Shown here piece after piece: positions 26,214 to 35,449 of a DNA stretch of 49,517 nucleotides. The position numbers and the translations under genes were made by a program. The notes beneath the pieces are model-generated. The model saw only the letters and a program-made list of their open reading frames with translations. It was not told the DNA's origin and searched no databases. Position 1 is the stretch's first letter; the number at the start of each line of letters is the position of its first letter. Where the stretch lies: assembly GCA_036172245.1 (NCBI GenBank), contig JAYWIR010000166.1:1-49517 (forward strand), in the 5' to 3' direction. The stretch is from Raillietiella orientalis (lineage: Eukaryota).

Positions 26214-26762
26214 GCAGTAGAAGGATCCTATGTGACAGGGAAGAGCTTGCGCCCGTTAACCGTAATGAAGGTGTTCAGCAAGCAAAGCGCCAGACATGCA
26301 TCTCTGCAAGTAAGCTGCACTTTCTGAGCCCCTTTAACGACAAAGAGGCCCTCTAGGTCTTCCTCACTCACCTTCAGCCGTTGCAGCTCCTCTTCGAAGG
26401 AGCGTGCAATTCGTTCGTCGAACACACTGACTACCTTGTGGACCAAAAACGCTTGTAACCACTGGCCTTGTAGGCATTCAGCTCCGCAAGTGCAGCCGTG
26501 GATGGTGTTGCAACGACGGCACGCCATCTCTTCGACGATGGCGAAGAGGGTCTCGAAGGGGCAGTTGCCTCTGATTCTGATGAGGCAGTTGCCCCGGATT
26601 CCGATGAGGCAGATGCCCTACTTCTATAAGTGGAGGAGAGCAAGTCGCCTTTCCACCCCAATCTCAATCGCAGTGTCATCAGGAGTTTCTGCCATGGGAC
26701 ACTGTCTAACTCTCACAACACACAAACTCAAGAAATGCTTTCCACCGACAAGTCCGTAGAGC
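26214..26762 (-). mobile_element. E12: 5'UTR + ORF1 N-terminus; inserted antisense in E13
   Basis: 5' end GCTCTACGGACTTG. MAETPDDTAIEIG, AALAELNAYKASGY, LLNTFITVNGRKLFPVT. Confidence 0.75.
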
Positions 26763-27377
26763 GATGCAAAAACAAGTCCACTCGCAAGAATGACAAGCGG
26801 GTGAGTAAATCCGAGCTGCGCATGGTGCAGGGAGCGGGATTCCCTCCGCACTTGACAGTTGCTTCTGCCACCTTTGGGGACGTTTCGCAACCCCCTATGG
26901 ATTGCGGTGGGCAGTCCTTATTTTCGTCTCCTCTTCTGCAAAACTGCCTGCATCCAGCCGCAACCGTAGCTGCGCTCAGCTGCTTTCACGGTATTGTGGT
27001 TGCCTGGAGTAGATCCGACAAAGTAGAAGATGCAAACAAGAGGGATGTCAAGGAGTGTGCAGCTCGCTTTCAGCGAATTGCAACCCTATTGCCTCACCTA
27101 GAAAACAGGCAAGAGGACCTTGTCGGCATCCTTACAAGGATAAAACCTCTTCCGAGCTCACAGTGATCTCTTCCTTATTCTCCAGGATACGGTTGGTGTT
27201 TTGAATTTATTTTATTTTTCTTTTTGTTTTTTCCCATCGCTTTTAGCTGCTGCGGAGAATCAAGTCGGTCTGCGCACCGAAGACCCTGCAGACCAGTGAT
27301 AGTATCAACCGTAGCGGGGCCTTACACTGCAATTTTTGTCAAGTTGTAATAAACGTCCCGGCTTGACCAGGTAACAA
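26763..27377 (+). mobile_element. E13: ORF2 C-terminus + 3'UTR
   Basis: VNPSCAWCRERDSL, LHPAATVAALSCFHGIVVAWS. T-rich UTR; end AATAAACGTCCCGGCTTGACCAGGTAA, followed by the minus-strand APE of E14. Confidence 0.8.
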
Positions 27378-28387
27378 CGTCTAATTGTACGTACCGCAGC
27401 CTATTAGCGAGCTTTGGCTGGCTTCAACAGGTAGGTCAACATCTGTTTGCCACAGTAGCTTCCTACCTGTCAGCCTCTTTATATCCTGGGCGTCCTCTCT
27501 CCTTAGAGCGTGCGTCTTTTACAGAAGAGTCCAGTCAAAAGGTCGCAGGGTGTCGGCCACGCTGATACCCTTGCCTTCGTGACTCAGCCCATTGACATTC
27601 GAACAGGCTATGCATAGTTGCCGGCAAGAAGATATCCCACGCATCACTCGACTGATAGTGGTGGAGATCGTGTTACCGCCTCCTGTTGAGGAGGAGGTTG
27701 GTCGTTGTCCGGCTGGACTGTCGGCGCTTGCCGGAATTTGCGAACGTCTTACACTCCCCGCAGTATTTTTCCTTTCCCACGTACCAGATGTCAACGAGTT
27801 CGTCTTTGATTTCCAGATTGTAAGAAGTTCAATGTTTTCGCAAAGAGTTACCCACGTGGTCACTCGATCACTGAATGCTCCTCTGAAAGTGAAGGCGTTG
27901 GGCTTGTGTCACATCGCGTTAGTCTTCGAGAATCGGTTCAATTCTGTGCGGATGGCTTCCCCACCCATCCGCACAGTTGTTTCTGTTAGGTGGATCGCTA
28001 TTCAGTGATACACCGTGTGCGGTAGGAGATTTTGTCTGTCGAAAGGTACAGGAGTGCAGAGCAGTTTGTGTGCAGATGAGCACCGCGAAATGTTCCTCGC
28101 TCCGTACGGAGAAGCACACAATCTCTTCATCAACTCTGTCCATCTTTCGGATGGCATTACCGAATTTCCGCGTGGTTAGTGGTGAATATAAGTTGCCTAC
28201 CTCATAAAGGAGAGCAGGGTGTAGCCTCCCTTTATGTAGGCCTCGATTTATGCGGCCCTCTCGGGCAGAGACTTCTCAACCACCTTGTTGCACGCTCGCA
28301 CCTGGATTGCGGGGACGATATCGTGGTAGGGCATGACCTTACCCCCATAGGTGGAAAAGATGTGGCTCTCACGACTCCCATCGCATG
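27378..28387 (-). mobile_element. E14: decayed ORF1 (internally deleted) + start of ORF2 APE
   Basis: AYIKGGYTLL-type ORF1 motif near 28210-28250. TGATG junction, then MRGISSCRQLCIACSNVNGLSHEGK...DTLRPFD. Confidence 0.75.
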
Positions 28388-29620
28388 TTTTTCACTCGTG
28401 TAAGCCAGGTGAAAAACCTTTGCTTTTATCATTAAAATTCAACATAGTATAGTTATATAATGAAGTCTTGTCCTTTTAAACTTTAAATTTTTTGGACAGA
28501 ACGAATGAATAGTTCTGACTTTCTTGTGCACTTGTTCTCGCCGAACCTGAGGCCGGTAATGTCCTTTTCGCTAAGGAAGAAGGCGGGAACCCCCCCCCCC
28601 CAAAAAAGAAAAGAGAAGTCCTTAGGGAACAATGTTTCATGTGGAGGGGAGGGAACGAATGAAATCACGGTGCGCCGTGAGGAGGGTTTCACATCCGGTT
28701 TTGGATGCAGACAAGTTCAGGAAGTATTTTTGTATTTCAGTATTTCAAACAGACCTTCTCCATTGAGATCACTACTCAATGGATGGCATTATGACTGCTG
28801 CAGCCTCTACTTGTTGTGGTCAACTTATCCAAAATCTTGCGTATTTAGCAGACAACCGCAATACATGCTGCTTCTAACAGGGTGTCCCGCATCAGGGGGT
28901 CATGGAAAATTTTCTTTGGACAGCCTACCGGAATGCTCAAGTTCGAAGTCGATTCCACATTGGTGGAGAGCGATGCATTCGTTTATCATTTAAGTAAAGT
29001 TTCCTATTACCTCGCAGCCTGCTTAATTGAAATGCACACATCTTAATGTCCAGAAAGAAATCGAGCTCTGCAAAGGTGCCCCCAATGCTAATCGAGCAAC
29101 GCAGTCTCTTGCGAATCCAGGAGAAAGGTGCGGTTGTCCCAACGCTCTAGGAGCCACTTGAATTCCTCCGGAGAAATACCGAGCAGCACGCCCAACCTCA
29201 CCAGAATTTTAGAAGGGACACTCGGGGTATGCCCATGTACACAGGCCGTGTTGGCTTATAAAGACGATCTACTGCTTCTGCACCCCATGTTCACCTAGGC
29301 ATTGGCGGTCTGAAATTTGTTTGAACTACTACATCAGGAGACAAAACTGGGGATGAACAAAATGGAAACGGCCATGATTGTAGGCCGTTCGACGTAAGCA
29401 GGTCATAAGGACTGTTATATATTATAAATACTCGCGATCTGGAACTTGAAATAACACAGTGTAAAGTTAATGGACTACTTAACTGATGAAGCGTGATCAA
29501 GCTGCCTCTATAAGGTACATGAGGCGATCGCTTCGTTCCTGGATGGCCAAATTTTGTCGTCAAAACGGTCTGCGGTATACAACACTTTCGTGAATCTTGA
29601 TTTGCATTGCTAGCATTCTG
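28388..29620 (-). mobile_element. E15: heavily decayed 3' portion of the second subfamily
   Basis: Minus strand: LLDSQETALLD*HWGHLCRAR, LMRDTLLEAACIAVVC*IRKILDK, ILPELVCIQNRM*NPPHGAP*, matching E9 and E8. The end is ...CACGAGTGAAAAA. The 5' boundary is approximate. Confidence 0.7.
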
Positions 29621-30398
29621 TTTGATCTCCATCCCAGAAGATTAAAATAATAAAATTGGAAAATCGAAGTGATTGAAATCTGGGAAAACAGTGGTCTCAA
29701 ACCGAGTTCCAAGAATGTACGCACCGTGTTGACACGACAAAGCCCTTAAGTTGAGAACAGATTCATCTTGGCAGATTTTCTGAGGCGTTTTGGGAATCCA
29801 AAGTAAGATTTCCTATAATAATGGAGCAAACATTCGCACTGGAACCAGCACACAAAGACGAAGCCTTCAGACAATTGATATGAAGGCGATGGCACAAGAA
29901 GGCTGCTGATAACTTTGAAAGACATCAAACTCCTTGTCCAACTTTAAGTAAATAATGTCGCCAATTTACGAAAACGATTCCTTCTATCAAGATGGAACAG
30001 ACATCTAGAACTCGATTCACGACTGGGACTTTGAAGAAGTAAAGTAAAATGAAGATCTGTTCTCTAAAGTTATCCAAAAAACTCCTTTTCGCAAACTTTG
30101 CGCTAAACCATATTGTCAAAATACTAAATAAAAAAGTCAGTATGAGAAAATGAAGCAATCGATAGAACAAGCAACAATAATTGGGTGCGAGACAGTACCA
30201 AGCCAAAAAAGAAATGGAACAAAAATGTGACATCACCTAGGAAACCAATTCAAATATGCAAATCTCAGTTCTCCCTATTATTAATATAACTAACATTCAG
30301 CTTATCTTCAACACAAGGAAAACAATTCCATAAAGGTAAAGAGCAAAAGTACTGGTAAAAATAAATTGCAAAATTTTCACATTCTAGGTTATCCTGCC

Positions 30399-30785
30399 AT
30401 GACTTCACAAGCTCCACATCTGACACATGATCAACTGAACACGATCCTCAAAGGAATCCACAAACTGTACAAGTGGGTGAGGACGTCACGATATCACGCC
30501 ATATTCAACAGCCAGGAATATTGGAATTTCATCAGCACAGCAGAGCAGTATAACCGCATTCAAACAATACCATATCTAAATAAAAAATTGGAAAGGAAAC
30601 TTCGCTACCAAGGAATATACAGAATCACAGATCTTCACAGAGCAATCAAAGATAGCAGATATCTACCCTATTTCTTTATGATGACCCTGACCACCAGCAG
30701 GGAAAATATCCGACGGGGCAATTGGGACCATATGAAGTATCTCGTATTACTCATGTACTGCTGGATATTATTATCAGCAGCATAA
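30399..30785 (+). CDS. 128-aa protein, divergent BAF-like (barrier-to-autointegration factor / HhH-type) family, paralog 1
   Basis: Intact ORF from ATG 30399. Homologous to 34559-34939 (NSQEYWNFISTA..IQTIPYL.KKL.RKLR.QGI.RITDL). Ungapped by-eye match to BAF SQKHRDFVAEP...LGKKLEERGF and to the terminal W-containing helix. Confidence 0.7.
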   Translation: MTSQAPHLTHDQLNTILKGIHKLYKWVRTSRYHAIFNSQEYWNFISTAEQYNRIQTIPYLNKKLERKLRYQGIYRITDLHRAIKDSRYLPYFFMMTLTTSRENIRRGNWDHMKYLVLLMYCWILLSAA

Positions 30786-30894
30786 ACACCGAAAACAATG
30801 AATTATTCGATGATTAAAAAAAAAATTATTATTCATTATTAAAAAGAAAACAACAAATCACAAACTGGTGACCTTAAAAAACACTGAATTGAAC

Positions 30895-31023
30895 CGAATT
30901 AGACTGGGATAGGTTATCATAGGATGAGTTACGTAGGTTAGGCTCGGTTAGGTTCCGTAGAACGTAGGTTAGGTAAGGACAGGTGTGGCTAAGTTAGGTT
31001 CGCTTAGGTTGCGTTGGATAGGT
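30895..31023 (+). repeat. Degenerate (TTAGG)n pentamer tract
   Basis: GTAGGTTAGGCTCGGTTAGGTTCCG...GTAGGTTAGGTAAGG... with 5-nt periodicity. Confidence 0.8.
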
Positions 31024-32175
31024 TCAGTGAGCTTCGTTTGGTAGGGATAAATTAGGATAAATCGTTGACAATAGCAAACATTCGCAACAGTTATGTATCA
31101 GAAAAGCAATTTCGCGTTCAAATCTCGAGAAAAGCATCGCTCCTCTTAGGAAAGGCATGTCGCTTTCGGAAAAGCAGGCTGGGCAGCAAGGATTGCGCGC
31201 TGCTTTAGTGCAAATAAACAGGGAGAAGAGATGAAGCATTTGAACATTATTGAGAAATAAATACTCAATGTTGAGAGAACAAACTTAGTAAGTGTTCCCA
31301 ATAAAAAAATTAAGAGCAGGTTATAGTAATTATATTGATTGAAGATCCATCAATCACAAAATATTCTGACCATGTGAATCTTCGACATAATGATTGCTCC
31401 TCAGTTCTCCTTAGATTGTTCCCTGATGCACAGCGAACTTCGAACGCAACAACAGCACGTTAGGAAAGCAAGCAATGTTAAAGGTAAATATAATGGATAA
31501 AGACCGATTTGGTCGTCTTCGATTGCAGCAAGGTGTGCAAAAAGCTCACCTCTTTTGTAACTTTCGAGAAATACTCGCGCCAGCTGGATGGAGACCATAA
31601 AAGGGAAAATCCTGAGTCAGGTTCGCAGATGCCAAACAAAGTTCCAAGAAATATTTCATCAGTCTTGAAGAGAACTTGGTACAATATTTCTCGTTGCATA
31701 TATAGCAGCTCTCAGACGACAGCTTCAATGGAAACCCAAGATCAGTCTATGCTGTCCATAGAGCAAAAGTGCTCAAGAAACCGATGCATTTCGTCACGGA
31801 AAGCAAAAACAATATGCATGCTGCATGGAAGTCTCATTGCATATGAAAACTAATTCCATTTCAACGATGTCACAAAACTGAAGCCAGGAAAAAATGTAGT
31901 CAATAGAAAAAAAATCTGTACGGAATTGTGACCCAAGGAATCCTGGGAATGCTATTCCTAGCGGAAGAGATCGATATCATCTACAGTGACTCCACGTATG
32001 AAACTCAGCGTCTCCTGACAAGGTTATTCGTCAGTTCGCCAAAGACACCTTCAATAAGGCCATTTAAAAAAAGTGAGACAACTTTCAGATGCACAAATAG
32101 TCTCTGCATATCTGAGCGGGAACCTCGCTCAACCACAGCATCACCCAGAAGGGAATGTCGCAAACTTTTGGTTGC
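31024..32175 (+). mobile_element. Decayed NeSL/Utopia-like (RLE-type) non-LTR fragment, duplicate of 35450-36600
   Basis: Collinear with 35450-36600. Reads GILGMLFLAEEIDII...PDKVIRQFAKD...VRQLSDAQIVSAYLSGNL...NVANFW. Truncated where it joins the Tx1 fossil. Confidence 0.65.
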
Positions 32176-32189
32176 AGCCGCCAGGATTA

Positions 32190-33420
32190 GTCGAGCGCAC
32201 GCATTACTGCTTGAATGTCGATGCTGCTGCTCCTTGTTTAGCTAGCATTTACCCACTGGGATATCAGCTTGAAATCTAGCAGATTCTCGGCGATCACAAT
32301 TGGGTTACAGTATTACATTTGGGTTTCAAAGAGTAGCTCATTTTTTCTTCTACAAAAGGACTTGAGTGATAACATCAATGCTCATTTCTTTCCCCCTGTA
32401 GAAATCTAAACATAAAGAAAGGTTTGGTTGTGGTGGCCATTTTGCTTATTCCATGAGATTCCTTTCGTTCTAAGTGCTATCTTTGTTCTAGATTTGCGCT
32501 AGAAATTTTGTGCAGCGATCTTTCTGAACAGAGAAACATGATGTGTATTGTCAATCTGCAGCCATCACAAATAATTTCACCGTCTTATCATTTGTCAGAG
32601 TTCATTGCAATGGCTTCGTAATCTAGGGTTACCCAAGAAGCAAGTTGGTCATTGGAGTTGCCCTATTTGGATAGGATGACAACGCTAAATCTCATCCTGT
32701 AGCGTAGAACGCTATCAGGGCCAGAGACTGAAGATTTTCAAGCATTTGGGCAACATGTTGGTCCTGGTGTAGTACCCGGAGACCGTCTTAGAATTTTTGA
32801 GCAGCTGGAGATGCACCTACATGTCCATCCACGGTCGTATGCCTTGCAGGTGCACCAGCAGCCATCGGTATAACCATTCTGACGCGGGAGCCAAGTAGCA
32901 GCTCGAACATTGGTCAAGAACCAGGTAGAGTAGCGTAAACATTCAACATTGCGGATCAGTAAGACGCTGTTCCTGTTGGAGGAATGAACGTCAACCTTCT
33001 ATTTGCAAACACTCGTATCAAGTTCGAGAGTGGAGGAACAAATGATAAAAACGAATTCGGCACTTGGAATGGCGGAACGTCCGTCTATACTGTGCACAAT
33101 GGTCGAGTGGGAATTTGTGCACCCGAACTCGAGTTGAGGTACGTAAGGGATTCCAGCGCGTCGAACAGGGGATTCCTATGAAACATGTGGAATACTTGGG
33201 ATTACTGACCAGGTTATTTGCATTTCTGCGTTCGTGATTATGAAACGTGCCATATATTTGGAATATAGATTTTGGGGAAAGAAACGTTTGCGGTGTCGTG
33301 GTGCGTTCAGAGATACGGTAATGCGACAGCCTGAGATCTGTGCAGTTTAGTATCCACTTTAAACTGGTAAAGAGGGAGCGTATATAAATTCCGTCGTTCG
33401 TGCTGCTAGTTTGACAAGGT
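32190..33420 (+). mobile_element. Ancient plus-strand Tx1-like ORF2 fossil (APE end to RT), copy 1
   Basis: LGDHNWV (SDH motif). PGRVA*TFNIADQ*DAVPVGGMNVNLLFANT versus E4 RANIFISPEQTYAVPGRKMEANLFHAST. VRKGFQRVEQG versus LRKAFDCVDQ. NVCGVVVRSEIR*CDSLRSVQFSIHF versus TVHGVPVRRGIRQGDSLSPSLFSTYF. Confidence 0.72.
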
Positions 33421-34260
33421 TATATAAGTTGATATCTCGAGATATTTATTGTTACTAATTTAGAAATAAAATTAAATGAAGTCTATGAAACTTTTTTGGA
33501 AAGAACACGTGGTTCTAACTGTCTTCTAACACTTGTTTTTGCAGACTGGTCAGTCGGTGTTGTCCTGGTAGCTGGATCAAGGGTTAAGAGAACCGAAAGT
33601 AATCTTACAGTAAAAAAGAAGGAGTAGGAGCCAATATTCTCTAAGGAAGGAAAGAAACAGAGCACTGAATGCTTCGATAAATACTCTATATCGAGTTTTG
33701 AATAGGAATGAGTAGAGATCTGAAAGTTTGCATTTGTTGACATATGCAAGCCTTCACCATGAATACGGCTGCCGGAGAATGGCGAATCTTATGCTATGTC
33801 GTATGCACCATGCTGCTAACCAATGCAGGTTTGCAAGTATCCATTAGAGGATTGCTAAACTGGAAGCTGGCTGCAAAACGAGTGGCATTAGGAGGAAAAG
33901 GAAGTTGTCATTTGGGTTGCAAAAGCGAATGCTGAAACAAGACGACAGTTAGCTGCACATTAGTAGAGAGCGAAAAATTAAATTAGCATCTGAAAGCGGT
34001 TTCTCTTATTCACGGAGTATGTTGAACTAAAAATCAAACATCCTAATGTCACAGGTGTGAACATGCTCTTTAATGAAGACCCCAATGCAGCGTCAGCAAC
34101 GCTGTCTCCCATCAATCCAAGAGATGGATGAAACAACACAAATGTTCTAGGAGGATATTCACAGCCTCCGAAGGAATGTGGAAAATCTTTATAGAGTGCA
34201 AGTTCGAAGAGGGCAATTCAAAGGAAGTTGTGTTCTCAACTATCACCTTCTGAACTACAT
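33421..34260 (-). mobile_element. Ancient minus-strand Tx1-like 3' end fossil, copy 1 (other copies ~40069-40910 and ~43961-44800)
   Basis: Minus strand: WETALLTLHWGLH, FCNPNDNFLFLLMPLVLQPASSLAIL, then AAVFMVKA in an adjacent frame. AATAAA (33450-33445) is followed by the palindrome ATATCTCGAGATAT. Confidence 0.7.
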
Positions 34261-34558
34261 TTTGCAATCGTTACGGAAAGCACTATTAAATAAGTAACCA
34301 AAAAAAAAAGCCATCAGAAATCAAAAAAACCGATGGCATTTACAGCAGCGGACGGGTTCAAAACTGTTGCATAGCAACAATAATTTCGAACACATAGCAT
34401 CATAAGTATAAAAAAAATTTCCAAGATTTAGTTTCCCGGTTCACTCCAACTACTAAACGTCATAAAGAAAATTCCAGCCATACCCCTCAAAAAAGGTATT
34501 CCACTAAATATAAGGATAATAGGAACCTAGACATTAAGAAATTCTAAGATCTCCAAAC

Positions 34559-34939
34559 ATGGCAATACGATTTAGAGAGCTGTCAATTGCTGAACAGCAA
34601 GATATAGAGCATCAGAGAGAAAAAACGTACCTAATGATTTATAGGACACCATTATACGAAAGGTATAACAGCAACGGATATTGGAATTACGTCATCACAG
34701 CACAGAGGAATGACGATGTAGATAACATACCATTTCTACAAGAGGATTTAAAACATAGACTCCGACAGCTTGGAATTTCGAGAATCAGTGACCTGTATTG
34801 CATTATCAGAAGATATTCCTACAGACCGAGACTGTCTACAAACATGCTTAGCTACCTACTGAGAGATGAGAGACCCACAACCAAAATGCAAGTGCTCTTT
34901 CTCGTATTCACATTCTACAACTGGTTTAGAAACACGTAA
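34559..34939 (+). CDS. 126-aa BAF-like protein, paralog 2
   Basis: Intact intronless ORF, TATA-like AAATATAAG ~50 nt upstream, AATAAA downstream. Protein identical to 45098-45478 and 97/126 identical to 41207-41587. Confidence 0.8.
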   Translation: MAIRFRELSIAEQQDIEHQREKTYLMIYRTPLYERYNSNGYWNYVITAQRNDDVDNIPFLQEDLKHRLRQLGISRISDLYCIIRRYSYRPRLSTNMLSYLLRDERPTTKMQVLFLVFTFYNWFRNT

Positions 34940-35235
34940 AATAAAGGAAATAAAAAAAGAACCAAGTAAGAAAAGCTAAATAGTGTCCTTACATTAAAAA
35001 AAGAAAAGGGAATTAAAATCGTGGTTAAATATGGTTCATATATCAGTTCTCAGTAAACATCACAATCGACCTTCCATGACATATTTCGTGGGAAAGCAGG
35101 ATTCAGCAGAACATTGATCCCAAATGGAAGTGCAGCTCCTCTCCGGATGTTGCAAGCTTCCTAGCACAAAAAAAGCAAACCAATAATGAACACAACACTT
35201 TTTGCTAAATACCAAGTCGTCATGCAGGTGAAGAT

Positions 35236-35445
35236 TAAGGTTATGTCATGTTATGTCATTTTACGTTAGGTTAAGTTAGGTTTGGTAGGTGATACATTAG
35301 CTAGGTTATGTTAGGTTAGGATAGGTTAGTTTCGGTTAGGTTCGGTTAGGTTAAGTTAGGTTTGGTAGGTGATACATTAGCTAGGTTATGTTAGGTTAGG
35401 ATAGGTTAGTTTCGGTTAGGTTCGGTTAGGTTGCGTTGGATAGGT
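35236..35445 (+). repeat. Degenerate (TTAGG)n tract containing an exact 80-bp tandem duplication (~35265-35432)
   Basis: GTTAGGTTAAGTTAGGTTTGGTAGGTGATACATTAGCTAGG... occurs twice with period 80. Confidence 0.85.
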
Positions 35446-35449
35446 TCCG

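Noticed and set aside
1..29620. Dozens of 60-250 aa ORFs in the ORF track as independent genes
   Set aside because: They are antisense or off-frame shadows of GC-rich retrotransposon ORF1/ORF2, or fragments of them.
29650..30230. Possible plus-strand APE fossil (MYAPC, IHDWD)
   Set aside because: Only two short motif echoes; too degraded to list as a feature without an alignment.
32984..33935. Repeated small ORFs (65 aa MNVNLLF..., 63 aa MQAFTMN..., 88 aa MHMSTN...) as a conserved gene cassette
   Set aside because: The 65-aa ORF begins as an RT fossil segment and the other two overlap the minus-strand Tx1 3' fossil. Their recurrence reflects segmental duplication.
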